A DNA stretch of 64,000 nt. Source: Adineta vaga (Eukaryota > Animalia > Rotifera). Positions 24,021 to 39,369 of this stretch are shown here, in pieces. The number at the start of each line of letters is the position of its first letter. Position 1 is the stretch's first letter. A model generated the notes under the pieces. The model had not been told where the DNA came from. It saw only the letters and a program-made list of their open reading frames with translations, and made no database searches. A program made the position numbers and the translations under genes. The DNA is taken from positions 1,612,001 to 1,676,000 of the forward strand of contig CP075497.1 in the NCBI GenBank assembly GCA_021613535.1. The letters run 5' to 3'.

Positions 24021-27000
24021 TTAAACACCAGCAAGACCTTTGAGTAATGCTGGTTCTAAATGAGCAAAATCGAAATCTTTAACAGGTTCTAAAATATTGA
24101 CGATGAATTGATTAAGTTTTTCTTGACGGAAACAATTATTCAATGGATCATAGAATTGTGTCAAACATGTATCACTACATTGACTTAATAATCGAAACCA
24201 ATCTGATAATAAATGTAATCTAAACAACGAAGATTTTCATCAAATATCCAACATATTGAATAACGTCAAAAATACTTACTTGCAAGCGAGACAACACCAA
24301 CTTTGAAAACGACCATCTTTACCAAATGTTGCAAGAGCTTTCTCAATCGATCGAACTCCATTTATATAACAGATAATAGCTTTATCCATCCCACCACGTT
24401 GCCATTGTGATCGACGTGTATCATATTCATCACTAACTTTAACTAAATAAAACATTCAAAGAATAGAAAGCTTTATAATTTCAAAAGAAATACATACTGA
24501 GAAAGTCCCACACATATCGTTTTCGACCGCCACCAAAAAATGGCACATTGCCAGTTGATTTTTTCAAGCCAAATGAGAGAGTTCTTTCTAATGCATTAAC
24601 AAGACCCTCTTCACCACATAAGATTGGTGTTATCAATCCTCTCTAAAGTATTCAATTTTATACAAATAATATATTTTTTGTTCAATTTTACCTTCTTTTC
24701 GGGTTCATCAAAATATTTCACTAATTGATTGATTGATCGACCTAACAATTCATAAATATCATCAGCATGTTGACTCGATGGATTTTCTAAAAATATATGA
24801 AAGAAAACGAAAGTTAGATTAATTCATATCGTGTATAAATCTAAGAACAAGTAATGGTAAATCAATAGCAGCGATAGTATTGGATATGTATGTCAGAGGG
24901 GGAAAAAGACAAAATCATTCTTTCATGCAATTCTTACGACGATGAAAATTATCAGAAAACCAACTGAAGACAGAATCTGTAGGGGATGTTTATTGAATAG
25001 TTATATTATTGAAATATTCAAATAACATACTTTGATCATTGGCACGTCGTAAACTAGGTGATCTTGATCTTCCAACAAGTGATAAACTTGCTTGAGAACC
25101 ACCACCAATTAAACTTGTTGTCATCAATTGAGATGGTGATCCGGAATCTGATGACATACTATTATTATTATCATTTTCATTCATTTCAAATGAACCCGTG
25201 GAATCAACAAAAAGTAGTCGTTCTAAACTATCATCATCTACACCTTTGCCTAACCATCGACCACATGGAAATCTTAAATAAATTATATAAGAAGAAAAGT
25301 TTTCAAAATGTAAACAAACCGATAAGCATTATAAGTTAATTGATTTCGAACAATTATATGATCAATATTCCATCGTGGCATTAGACCAGTATTATCATGA
25401 CCGATTCGAAGTGTTGTTAATTGACCCAAATTTTTATGCTAAAAAAATATAAATACTTATCATTGATTTCATTTCTTTCTAATCTATTACTTTAAATCGA
25501 ACTTCTAAAGAAGTTTTCGTTGGTATTGGAATAACTTTTGTTGTACCCAAAATACCCGCTAATGCAATATATGGATTTGCTGTTGTTGTACTTAAAATAC
25601 CTGTTGTTCGTGCTCTAGTTGGAACAATTTTAACATGATAAATCATATCAATATCTGCATAAGAATTTGAAAAACATTTATAATCAAGTAATCGAAGAGA
25701 TTCGACATGTGCTAAGAATTGTTTTCTTAAATCACCGTCATCGGCACGTAAAAAAGCATCACGTTTATATAAGGCTTGTAAAAGATCACTATGAGAAAAT
25801 AATTCAGATAAATGATGAGATAAAAGACGACGTTCAAGTGCTAAACGAACGAATGCACGAGAAAAACCGATTTCAGACGCGGAATTAGAGACAGGATTAT
25901 TTCCAAAACATGATTCAATCGAACGAAAATCATGAAGGATAGATGTATTGGAGGGATGATCTTTGATTATATTGCTGGATGGAATTAAACTTAATGTTGA
26001 ACTAGTCATTTGAAGAAGAGGAGATGAACGTGGTTGATGTTGACTCATATAATGACGTGGAAGAGTATGAGAACCTGAAATAAATATGTATGAGAAAGTT
26101 AATTAAATAAAAACTTCTCTTCTTACGATGACCACTAGGAGATTCTGATCGAGTTGCTGATGTACTACGATTATTTAATTGTTTTCTCATTAAACACCAA
26201 ACCAATGCTAAAGAATGAAATAGTCTTTTGTTGAGAAAAACAAAACTAAAGATTTTTACCTGGATTTTCATCTTTTGTATAATTAACTGGAAGACCACCA
26301 TGAGATATTTGTGCTGCTTCATAATTTTTCAATTTCACATAATATTTAATATGATTCCAAAGAGCAGATTTTCCACTGGGTTTATGATGAAGACCATGTG
26401 ACCAAATTCGTTCAAGTAAATCACAAAAACCTGCTATTAAAACATTTTCTTCTAGATTAACCATTGCTGATGAATCGATATTTTTAATTCCTGGTGATCC
26501 TTCAACAATATCTTCCATTTTTTCAATCACCATTCGTTTTGTCTAAACAAAAAAGCTTTCATTTCTTTTTTCTTTTTAAAAAATTTCTGATAATTTACTT
26601 TCGTAGTACATTCTTTTAATAATTGTTGAAAAACGACTTCATTTTCCACGAGAACTACATGTTGTTGTTGTTGTTCGCTCGTTGCCACTGTTTGTTGTTT
26701 TTTCAATCGTGTTCGTCTTGATGGATGTTTTGGTTGATACGATCGAGTACGTCGAAAAGTTTTTTCAGAAATTCCACTTGATAATGGAGATGTTGGTATC
26801 GATATCGTTAATGATTCAAGTAAAGTTCCATTAAGATTTTCAAATAAAAAAGAATTATTTGGTGAAGAAATTGAATTATTCAATGGACGAACAGGAGATG
26901 CATTGATGATAATTAATGAAGGTGGATATGGTGAAGTAAAACGAAGACGTGTTCCACGATCGATTAGATCAATTGATGGACATGGTTGATACGTTAGATC

Positions 27001-29051
27001 ACGACGATCACAATATAAACGAATACGATCAGAAAAAAATTGTAAATGTTTAGGTGTTAAACCAAAAAAAAGATTTTCTTCATTAAATCTTGTAGCGATT
27101 TTACTATCGACAAATGAAACGAATGATTGTGTTTCCATAAATGCGAGTAAAAAAGGCACATGTGGTTTAGGTTGATCAGCGATAAACATTGTTCGATCGA
27201 AATTTTTTGTTGTACTTCGTTGTGCTAACCAATGATCAATATTAGCATATTTTCCTGATGGTGGATAACATATAAATGCATCCATTTGACTGAATAATTG
27301 TGCAAAACGATTAACAAATGATGAACGTAAACAATTATTTGCTGAAATCTTTTGTAATTCATAATCATTGAATAAACAGAAGGTTTTATTACTTTTCTCA
27401 TCATCATCATCATCATGATTAAGAACAATTCCAGCACGTTTTGCTATGGCAGATAATCTTGTTAATGCTTGACTTGGCTCTTCAGTTGAGTGATTTGGAA
27501 CGTCTTCATCATCAACATGTGTCCAATCTTCGCTTTTTTGTGATTTTCGTTGTTTTTTTAAATTAGTCGTTTTTAATAACTCGTTCTTCTTATGAAAATA
27601 ATTATCAAATCGTAATAGAATTTCATTTAATTCTTTTTTAAAATCCGAATAATCAGGAAAACGTGGCATATCATCTGGTAATTGAATTCTTCCTGTATCA
27701 ATATGAACAACACATCGTTGAACTTCAAAGTTTGCATCATCATCACTTGTATCACTCGAAGCATCGGAATTATTTTCATCATTATTAATATTATTATTAT
27801 TATCGGAATTTCCATTGGATTTATTTATTCGAAGACCCATTATAGCAGGAACCGGAACATCAAGACAAACAAGAGCAGCAGTAAATACAATTGGAACATA
27901 GAGAAGAGTCCATTGAAATGGAAACAATAATGCAGTTAAACATTCAGCAACAAGCATTAAACGAGTATAATCTAAATATGACAGATGAAATATTTGAATT
28001 TGAAAATAAAAAAATGTTTACCTGATGATTTTAGAATAATTTGATGTTCTAATAAAGCACATGTAACAAGATCAATAACACCTTCTACGCCCAAAAGAGA
28101 AAAGAATTCTAATAAATTAAAATCTAAGAGAGGTAGATCATCATAATTGATACTGGGTTGCCAAACTGTTAATTGTCTTTCTCCGACATGAAATTTTAAA
28201 ACTGAATGTGTTACAGATGGAGATGGAATATATAATTCATGTAAAATATTATATAGATGTGCTTCAAATGGTAAACCTAATAGATCATGTTCAATTGTCA
28301 TTCGATAGAGAAGTTGTAAAACATGTTTATATGTTGAATAATGAGGTAATGGACCAATTAAACAAATTGTTTTACTTGCATAAAGTAATGATGATCCACG
28401 ACGTTGATGTCGAGATGTTCGATTATAATTTTCAATTAAATTATTCAATGAAATAATTGCTGTTGAAGATGAATCATCTGGATATGTTCCATCATCATTA
28501 TTCATTTGTTCAAAAAATGTTAATCCAACACCATAATAACGTGTACCATCAAGACGTGTGATTAGAAATGGATGTGTTGAGGGTGGATCAGGTGAATTTT
28601 GTCGAATTGCAACACCATCTGGCATGGATAATCGACTAATTGCATCTTCATCAAATTGATTATTTGATACTTCATTTGGATAATGAGAAAGAACACGACA
28701 ACGATACGAACATTGAAATGGATTTAAAACTTGTTCACTAACTAAAAGAAAACTTCAATTGAAGAAAATCATCGATTTATTTTTACCTGATAAATCAATT
28801 GTTGGTTCGACATCAATGTACTTATTTAAACCACAAACAACAAAATAATCAATTAAACGAATAGATTGTGGTTGATCATTGGCAAGATAAGATTTATCAG
28901 GTGAAGATATTGAATGATTTGATTCAGGTGATAAAGTTGTTGTTGATGATGAAGCAGGAGAATATGCATCTTTTTGATTAAGTATTGGTGATGAATGTTT
29001 CGATGAATTCACAAGCGATGATTTACTTGGTAATGTTATTGTTGTTGCCAT
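24021..29051 (-). CDS. DENND5: DENN domain protein 5 (Rab6IP1-like; uDENN-DENN-dDENN-RUN-PLAT-RUN)
   Basis: LIDYFVVCGL, HPFLITRLDGTRYYGVGLTF, LMLVAECLTALLFPFQW, EENVLIAGFCDLLERIWSHGL (RUN1), TTANPYIALAG...LRIGHDN (PLAT), GKDGRFQSW (RUN2). Confidence 0.93.
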
Positions 29052-29487
29052 TTTTTCAATATACTTTACATTTATTTATGAAACGATTGTTTACCACTTA
29101 TGACTATATACAAATGAAAAACATCTAAAATATTACAACAAAAGCAGATAAATATCTTCCATGAATCTTTCAAAGAATTTTTTTTTCTTCTAAAACAAAA
29201 TCAACAAAAAATTTGAGCCAAAACGAAAAAAATTTTTCTTGTCATTTAAAGTTTGAAAATCCATTCAATAAGCTCATATTCATCGAGAAAGAACAAAAAG
29301 AGAAAAAAATATATATATTAATGGAATAACTTGACATACGAACAGTAAAATACTTGTATGTGTAAAACAAAAGAATGCAACAAGAAAAACAAACGTTATT
29401 TATATATATATATATGTATTTAAGAAATAATAATGAAATGTTTTCTTTCTTTTGGAATAATTTATTTATTTTCTTTCAGAGAAATAT

Positions 29488-31884
29488 TTACTGCATTTTT
29501 GATCTTTCTAATCTAGTATTCACTACTTCATCTTCACTATCTAAAGCTTGTAATGCTTGATCAGCAAGAGAAGTTGGAATATTATCTTCAACCCATGATA
29601 AAGCATCTTCGACTGTACCACTTCCGGAGACATTTGCTTCACGATTAAGAAGTGTTTGTTGTTGTTGTTGTTTTTTAGATTTGTTTGATCCACCACTTTC
29701 TAAATTTGATGCTTTTCGCATTGTAATTGAATCAAAAGCAACTGATTCTAGAAAAAAGGAAGAAAATCAAACGATTAAATATCTCTTTAGTTTCATATTG
29801 AAACTACGCACAAAAAAAACCTATCATCTGATTTTCTTCTTTTATTAATGGGGAAAAAAACATATTTCGAACAATCTCCAAAAGATCATCGAGACAGAAT
29901 CGACCCATTTGACCTTTCGAATGATATAAGCGGCTTTTATCGTACTATGTATCAATACCTTAGAGAAATCCTCTCTAGTTTCATTCTGACGAGATACAAA
30001 TTAATAACATTTATTCATCATATTCTGTCACTTGAAGGTATACAGATCAAATTACATTGAAGTAATATTTTCTCTCTTTCTTTCTCTCTCTCTCTCTCTC
30101 TCTCTCGATATTTCATCTGTTAATGTTAATGAAACTATTCAATGATAAATCACAATCAAATATTCAATTCTCTTGAGACATAAATATAAAATAATGATTT
30201 TTCTTACCGCCTCTTTCTTCATCTCCATCACCGAACTCATCATCATCATTATCTGATTGATCAAGTAATGGTACAAATGCATAACGTTGATTATTATTTG
30301 ACGGGCGGAATAAAAACATAATAACAAGAAGAATTATTGAAAATAAAATATGCCAAAATGCATCATCAACCTAAAGAAGAAGAAATTCGTTTTTTTTTCG
30401 ATAAAAAATAAAAGTATTTTTTTTTTAACCCAAAATTCTCTCCAATTTGTAATACATGTTGTAAAAAAACGTGATTTTAAAGACCAAATCATAAATAATA
30501 GACTTGCTGCAATTGCAAATAAAATCGCATTGGTAAAATGTCGATAAACATTTAGTTTAACTAAATTTTTTCTTAAACGTAATGTTCGTGTTGTTGCTAC
30601 TAAACCGGTAAATATCCAATAATAAATAACAGCATCCAAAACAGCTAACGGAATACGTGAAATTAAAACTTTCTTATTGGTTTCATCATGCTCTGTATTA
30701 ATTCGTAGAACAGCTTCGATTGATGCAATTGCAAAGAATAAAATTCCCATTGCAATAACTTTTTGTTTCAATGGTCCAAGACGTGGTTTAACAATTCCAT
30801 AACCAAGTGCTACAATGACAACTAACATACGTGAGACAGTACGTTTTAAACATGAAAGAACTTCTGCTGTTACAATAGCATAATGAACTTTATAGCTAAA
30901 GAAAAAGTTTGTGATCTTAACAATGTTTCTCTTTTATAAAAATCAAACATACCCATTTCGATTTAATGTATCATATTCCGCTAAAAATGCTGATTTTTCA
31001 ATCATACCAATAAGAATAACTCCGCCAATCCAAAATTGTATTTTAAGTAATTCTTTCCAATAAAAAGCACACCAAATAAACCATAAAATAGCAAATAACG
31101 CATAAATTCCACACATAATTCCATAAAAAACAAGAGCCGGGTATTCATCAGCTGTGATATAATTTCCATGAGGATTTTTCATTGATACTTCAACATCAAC
31201 ATCTAATGAAATTCCATTTGCTCCACTGATATCCGGTGCATAAATTTCAATAAGATAATATCCATCATTCCATGTTAATAATGTTCCTGTATTTGAACCT
31301 CCATTTTTCGTTTCCGTTTTTGCTGTGTCTCGACGAATTTTTTTATTTGTTTGTAATTGTTTTTCTCGTAATTTAGCTGCTTGTTCAGGAGTAATTTCTG
31401 GTGGTTTAATATCTGAATATTCTTCAATAAATAAATGTGTTCCTGAATAATCACAATCCGTTTGCAAAGCTGTAAACGTTCTTTGCTCCATTTCTTTCCA
31501 CATTTCTGAATAATAAGCATCTACAACAGTCTTTTGAGTAGTTTTATCTTCTTGTATCGAACTTAATAATGCATCCGCTTGTAAGGGTAAACATCCGACA
31601 GCATGACCAATTCGACCACGAATTTTAATTGTTGCACCTTTCACTGTTTGATCTAATTTATAAGCTTTATTTTTAATTTGATCACGAGTTGTACTAACAT
31701 TCGTTGTTGATTCTCGACAAAGAATTTTTAACTGAATCTGAGTATTATTAGTCAGAAAACGTTCAATTATTGGATTTGATTCGGTGGATGTCCAAGATAA
31801 AGTAACAATTCCATCGACAAGTGTTGTCGACGAATAACTTAGATTATTGAAGATTATTAAACAAAGAAACAAATAGTTTTTCAT
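29488..31884 (-). CDS. TMEM87: TMEM87/GPR107 (lung 7TM) family Golgi protein
   Basis: Signal peptide; [69 protein letters not shown]; C-terminus WVEDNIP...LDSEDE...SKMQ. Confidence 0.92.
30073..30106. repeat. (TC)n microsatellite in a TMEM87 intron
   Basis: ctctctttctttctctctctctctctctctctc read directly. Confidence 0.85.
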
Positions 31885-33224
31885 TTTGAAATGATCTAGA
31901 AGAAAAACAGAGTTATGTATCTTTTTAGACGTTTGATTTAATATTCTCGTATATGGTCGAATAGGAAAAAATGTAACATATGACTTTACGTTAGACAGGT
32001 AAATAAGCTAATTATTAGGTTTATTTTCAAAAGAAAGAAATGGAGATTCTTTGATGAAAAAAGATTTCAATTAAGAATTTTAATAGGACATTTATCTTGA
32101 ATATTAATCACTATTATTAGCAATTAATAAATAAATGAGGGGAAAAAGAAGAGAAGGCTAAAGAATTTGATTTCATTGGTTTATTTTTGTTAAGCAATCA
32201 AATATGATGATGATGTCGCTATTGATTATCTTTACCATGTAGATAAGAAATACGAGTACATTGACTTCATCACATCATGTCGAAAAATATTTTTGACGTG
32301 TAACATTCCGACTGTCAAAAACATCTCTTGTTCATTGTTTCTAATGCAAAGGTCGATATAATACCATAAAAGAATTTTTTTGATATTTGATATGATTTGG
32401 ATAGATGTGAATGGTTTTTGTTTAAACACCAATATATAGTCTCACGTTTACAAGAATCTTTGTGAATGGAAATATTTCATTATCAATGAGTTTTAGTTTG
32501 ACAGCAAAGGAATCCTGTTTTTCTTTTTTCCATTGAATGATGCGAGTAAGGAAATGAATATTGATAAATGAGCAGAAGTCACAAGCACATTCTTACTGAT
32601 AAATTGTCCGTATTTGCAAAGTTATCATTGATATTATTAAAAATGATTCACAATCAAAGATTAATTGGTGACGTTACTTAAATCGTAGCATATTATCTTT
32701 CAATGACGTCGTTTTTATAATTTCATTCGCATAATTCAATGAGAATGGGAACATAAATGCTGTCCAGTCATTCACCCACAAATAGTTAGTTATTTTTGTT
32801 TAATGTCGCATATGTAAATGACATCATTCTAATGAGAAATGTGTATTGATAGAAAAAACGAAAAAGGAGTGGGGATGCGTGAGTGGTTGATTGTTTTCTA
32901 TTAAAAACAACAACATCGTCATCCTTGAAAGAATAAAACGTCATATTCGTAGATATCTATAGTTACACCGTTTTTTCACATTTCTCCATACAAGTATACA
33001 TATATATATATTTTCTCACAATGAATATAGTCATTAGTGTGATCATACATCGCGGGTAACGCATACGTAAACCACGTTGAGTTCAAAACCGATAAAGTCG
33101 GATTCTACAATGCACCGATCTTGATACATACTCATCTTTGAATCTTATTTTGATACTATTGTTATCTTTTCAGATACTATTATTATTTCATTATAATACT
33201 TGATTCTATTTGAAAGTGAAAGTA

Positions 33225-33928
33225 ATGCTGGATTTACGTCGTCTAGTGCTTGTTACTGGTGGTATGACAGGTGCGGCATGTATTCTGTACGCCATTAGCA
33301 TTGGCTTGCCGTTATGGTAAGGATGAAACTGTCCGTTTTTTTTTCTTGTCGATTTTATATCTTATTCTCACCTTGGATTCTGTCTAGAGACAAATCTGAG
33401 AAAAGAAAAATCGATAATTACATGTCATTTTATGGTCTATTCGTACATTTTAGGACAGATGGATACCTTTCACCATTAAGCGTGTCTGTCACTGCTGGTC
33501 TATGGCGATCTTGTGTAAAATCTACCCTCGAACCTAAATTTGAAGTCTGTGACACAACACCGTTAACGTGTGATAATATGCCCGAAGCATATCTTAGTCA
33601 ATGTTTAAAGCTAATAATGACACGGACATTTGTTATTCTGGCATGTATTCTCTCTGCCTTTAGTACATTACATTTGCTTATTATTGGTATTACAAAAAAA
33701 GAGACTAGATTATCAGTTAATATTGGTATTGGTCTTGTTATCGCAGCATTCGTATGTGGTACCATTGGTATGTCAGTTGGTATTAGTTGGGCTACGCTTG
33801 GTGGTAACGCGATGGGCTTAGCTTTTATTCCGAATATTTTTGCCGTCGTATTCAGTCTGTGTAGTATTATCATAGTTATATTAATTTTTAAATATCGAAG
33901 CTCAACTAAACATGAATTGATTACATGA
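33225..33928 (+). CDS. Claudin/PMP22-like tetraspan membrane protein, 2 exons
   Basis: Exon 1 MLDLRRLVLVTGGMTGAACILYAISIGLPLW joins W-TDGY...GLWRSC...C (W-GLW-C-C motif), followed by three more TM helices. Confidence 0.8.
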
Positions 33929-34517
33929 AAACGGTTTCGTTTTACTTATTGTACCATTATGTAAATATTTTCGAGCTTAATAAACAAACTAAGATCGATA
34001 TCATCTTTACATTTCATTTTATTAATCTACGAATTAATTTTACAATCATAATTTCATTGATAGAAAGTTATCTAAACTCAATATTTTTCCAAGATCTTTT
34101 CGAGAATAAATCTATAATAGTATTCATCATTCAATAAACATCGTACATTTGTAATTCGTTTGATTCGCATTCAGATGTTCAGTTTGTACTGAAACAGATT
34201 GTCAAACACAGCTCACGCCAGCTAAACTCTTGATTTTTATGGCAATCTCAATCTCAATGAGATGAGATGAGGAAAAGTATATATAGACGGAAATAGTTGA
34301 TTTCATTGGAGAATTTTCATTAGTCAATCAACAATGAAGATGATGTCGCTACTATTATTTGTTTATTTCCTTATCCTAGACTAGAAGAACGATTCTTCTC
34401 TTCTCTTCTCTACATAGAGATAAACAAATGTCAGTTTTGAAGTAATTGTTCTGAGTATCGATCCTGTTAAATCTGTTTTTAGATATATCCAATAACTAAA
34501 TATTTTATAGAAGAAGG

Positions 34518-35319
34518 ATGAACAATTTTCTCCTTCGAAATGTAAAATTGTCTCATACTCCTGTAGCTTCAATGCTACAACATCAAACTCGAGCTAATGC
34601 TTCATCATCAAGTACTAATATTGTCCAAACTAATCCTATAGTATTGGATAATCGAAAGGCACCACCACCAATAGATGCTGATCGTATGCGTATGCATCCA
34701 CGTATTGGTAATCGTGAAATCGTTGGTTATGGTTTAAAAGGCAAACCAGAATATTTTGATTTGGTTATGTTTCCTTGTCCAAGTATTCGTTGGGAAGCAG
34801 ATACACCAGAAATTGCTGTATTAAGAAAAAAAGAACAATCTGATTGGAAACAATTATCCAAAGAAGACAAAAAACGATGTGAATATAATGATTAATTGAT
34901 TAAATTGGCTTTTTTTCTTATGAAAATTTTCTTTAGTATATCGTGCAAGTTTTCGTCAAACATTCGAAGAATTTACCGCTCCAACTGGTCTTTGGAAATG
35001 GGCGGTTGGTTGGACTTTAATTGCTGTAGCAGGAATCGTTTTTGCTTACGATGGATGGAGACGTATATGTATGTATTTTCGAAAATATTCATTTTATTGT
35101 TGTTTTCTCGAAAATTTCAATTATTCTAGGTTATACTTTTGATAAACCGGATAGTATGAACGATGAAAAATTGAAAAAACAATTACAATATCATATTGCT
35201 GCTCGTCAAGGTCCTATGACAGGTTTATCATCGAAATGGGATTATGAAACTGGTTTGTTCTTTTTCTATTTCTTATCTTTCACATGTATTTTTCTCTTCT
35301 AGGCACATGGAAAAAATAA
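34518..35319 (+). CDS. COX4: Cytochrome c oxidase subunit 4, 4 exons
   Basis: Mitochondrial presequence; RIGNREIVGYG, LRKKEQSDWKQLSKEDKK, YRASFRQTFEEF, GPMTGLSSKWDYE...WKK*. Confidence 0.93.
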
Positions 35320-35629
35320 AAACCGAACAAAAAATATTTCGATCCGTTTCTAATGTAGAATTAATTCATTGATTTTCTTCTATCATCCATCCTCGTTTAC
35401 CTTCCTATCAGTTTATTTTCTTGTGTATTATCATTATTTTCCCTTAACTAAAACGAATAAACATTACAGTGATTCGTATAAATCCAACCTTACGAGATTT
35501 TCTTTTAGTTAGGAATTATAAATCTGAGAATCTTTATTAAAATAAAGTGAGATTTTATCGCGAAAGAAATATTCATTCTTTTATACATTATCACCATGAA
35601 TCAAGAATATAAAAAAAACACATACAATT

Positions 35630-38601
35630 CTAATGACCTTTACAATCACATAGAATTCGATTTAATACTAATAGAATAAAAACAATGAGAGTGCCGATAA
35701 CAATCATAGCAATTATTCCAATAATAACGGATATTTTAGCAGATTGAGGAATAGAATTGTGACATTCTACAATAATCTGATTAAAAAGTAAATTTGATTT
35801 CAAAATATTTACCTGTAATTTTCTTAGTTTTTCTTTCACTATAACCAGCTTTATTCAATAAACGAATAGAAATCATATAATTTGTTTTCGATAGAAGATC
35901 TTTTAATTCATATTCAGTTGTTTGGGTTTGAACAAGAATTGGTTTACTCCATTTGTCTATTTTATTCTTTCCACGAACCTTTGAAAAGAAAAGAAAAGAA
36001 AAGTACAAAATCAAACATTAGATAAATCACCTCTACTTTCGCATAAGAAATTTCAATTTGTGAAATCGTTGATCCTCCATCATTTTCAATTGACCATTGA
36101 ATTAAAGAAGATTTATTATTCAAACATGAAATATTTGTCAAATGAAATTGTGGAACATTGCCATCTAAAGTTTTCGCTTGAACTGGTGTTGAAAATGCAC
36201 TTTGTCCTATTGGTGATTCAACCGCTATTTGAATTCGATATGAACTCGCGATTTGTAAAGATTTAATTTCAATCATTTGTGTTTCATTGGATAAAACTGG
36301 AAATGAAATTGTTCGAAGAGAATTAGGAATATTAATTTGTTCGTATTTGATAATATAATTTAGTAAAGGAAGACCACCGAATTCATAAGGTGGTTGAACA
36401 TTTAATTGAATTGTATTTGAACGAGGATTAATTTCAATAATACGAGCTTGACGTGGAAGTTCAGCACGTCGAAGAGTAAACGTATGTTTTTCCATTCGAG
36501 AATTATCAGCTTGACATTGAAATTTTAGGTCAAAATCTTCGTCAGATGGTTTATACTAAAGAAATGATATTTCGAAAGAAAATTCGAAATCAATCAAAGT
36601 AATTTACTGTTAATTGTGTTTCATAAATTGTAGAATCAGTTTGTTTCGTAGAAATACTAATCACTTGTGGATTATTTTCATCTAATATTAACAAATTCTG
36701 TTCGGAATTTTCAACAAATTTAATCCATTGAATTATCGGTGGTGGATAACTATCAAACTGACATTTCATTAGAACTAAAATCAATAAATTTCCTTTATCA
36801 AAAATGATGAAAGAAAAGTTCGTTACCTGAATGATTTGGTGCACTGAATATATGAGAAAGTTTTGGATTTAGAAATACTGGTTTATCTTCAATTATGAAA
36901 GATTAAAATAATAAAAGAAGAACATGATGAAAGTCATTACATTTAACAAGAAGTTGAGCAATAGTTGTTGTTTTATCACCTAGATTCTTTCCAACACAAG
37001 TATAATTTCCATGATATTCACGACGTACTGAATTGAAAGTTAATTCAATTAGATGATATGTTGCTATTTGAGTATAATCGATCGATACACCATCGATTGG
37101 CTAAAGTAGAAATGACGAAATATTCATTTGAAATGAGCCGTTTTTTTTAAATGTAGTTTTACTTCCACACGTGTATTGTTTGAATAAAACCATTCTAATG
37201 AAAGATTTGTTGATGAACCACGTTGAACACGACAAGAAAATGTCACACGTTGAGTTGGAAATTTGTTATCAATACTAATTTCAATTGGAGAAATTGATGA
37301 TAATTGAAGTGGAACTATACAATATCAATCAAACGAAAACGTATACTTTTAAAGAAATGTTTCTAATCTTACTAATAACATTGAGAATATAATCAATTCT
37401 TTCTCCTTTTCTATCAAAATCATTAAATGCATGACATGTATATCGACCATTATCCGTTTCATCAACATAATTTATAATTAATCGATTTTCTCGTACAATA
37501 AATTTTGATATTTCATTTGTATCAAATGAACTAAACTACAACATTTTCTTTTTTATTTAAATAATTATTTTCATTTAAAACAAACCTCTCCATAATACCA
37601 CGAATAATGTGGAGATGGCATTCCATTTGCTTCACAAACTAACGTTGCTGTGCGTTTTTCTACAGCACATGGTGATAAACATATAATTCTTGTTGATGAA
37701 ATCGATTCTAAAAACTTTCTTTTATCATAAAAAAAAACTTCAGTTCGATAATAAGAACAAACGTACGTGCAAGAATAACTTGAATTGGATAATCTTTTGA
37801 TTCACCTGTTTCAATAACATCTGCTTGACACCAAAATGTATCATTATCATTTGAGGTGACTCGATGAATTTTTAATCCATCATTTTGTTGTTCATAATTT
37901 GATGAAAGAAGATTTAATTTTTCTCGTCCTTTAAACCAAGATATTTCAGCTGATGGATTTGCTATAACTCGACATTTGATTAAAACAGCTGAATTTAATT
38001 CTGCATACTGAATTGATTCACTAAGAAAAGTTATTGGAACTATGAAAATCAAAGATATGAAATTATTTGAATAAGAAAAAGAACAATGAACCACCTTTTA
38101 CATCAATTTGTATTGTATTCGAAATCAATCGTCCATTCTGTTCCAAACCTATACATTTCCAAGCTCCTTGTTCATTTTGTGTTAAATTTCGTATTCTTAA
38201 ACGTAATCCATAACTTTTCCGTTCTACTGTTATTCTAAATAAACGAATTATATTCATTCCATCTATTCAATTATCAAATTACCTTGCATTATTCTTCTCT
38301 TCAATATCACTAAACGATGGAGATTGCCAAGAAACTAGATAAATATTGAATAAAATACTGAATCAATAGAAAAAGAAATATTACAAACCAACTCGAATAT
38401 TTTCTTGTCCACTACATAAAGCAATAAATGGTTTGTATTGATCACGCGATATAATTGATTCATTTGGTTTGATAATTAATCGATTCGATACAATTTGAAT
38501 GAAATAAATAACTAAAAGAAATCGAATAGATATCTTACATAAAATTAGATAAGAAATGTTTTCTTACCAATAATAATAATCAAAGAATTTATCAGTTTCA
38601 T
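35630..38601 (-). CDS. NCAM/fasciclin-II-like Ig + FN3 cell adhesion molecule
   Basis: Signal exon; several Ig domains (IKCRVIANPSAEISWFK...FWCQAD; CQFDSYPPPIIQW); FN3 repeats (PPYEFGGLPLLNY, DGGSTI, LKDLLSKTNY); C-terminal TM. Confidence 0.8.
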
Positions 38602-39369
38602 TGTTTAAATAAATATGAATATTAGAAACTTAATCGTCTTCGACACCTCGTTTCTTTTTTTCAATAGTATTTCAATGTTGTTATTCACGACTGATAACCT
38701 TGGCTTCGTTGGTCGCATCAAAATTCAATCACTTTTTCTCTTTTCGTTTCGTTTTATTGCATTTCTTCTTTTTTTTCTCTCTGAAGTTCATTGATATTTC
38801 TTCTGTCAATAAAGAATTCTTTTTTCTTCTAACCTTGATCATTATCGAGAGAACATAGATCATCAAAGACTTCATTTTTACAGGAAAAAAAGAAAATCAA
38901 ATTCTCATTACTTTTTCGTCTTGTTTGTACTTTATCATTTAGAATAACTTTGAAAAAAAGGAATAACTGAATGTCTATTTTTAATGTCAATATTGATGAA
39001 TGTTAAAAATGAATTTTTTCATATGGTATTATCAAATAAATCATTGTTGATACAACACTTTCTCGTACTTCTATGCACTGTGCAAGAAGGTTCAATATTG
39101 TAAAATGAAAGATTTACACTTTCTTCGTAGAAAAGTCTTTTTTCAAGGAAATTCAATCAAATAATGTGTCTCTTTACTGAATAATAAATTATTCATATAA
39201 ACAATCCAATAACGATTATATCTTATTATACATATCAAGGATAATTGTTGTCTCTGTTTATAAATAAATCGTTACTGTATATGTATTCACCATGTGCTCA
39301 CTAAAAAGAACGAAATATGATAACCTTCATGTATTGTTAGTCGTTTATTATTATATTTGAATCAATACG

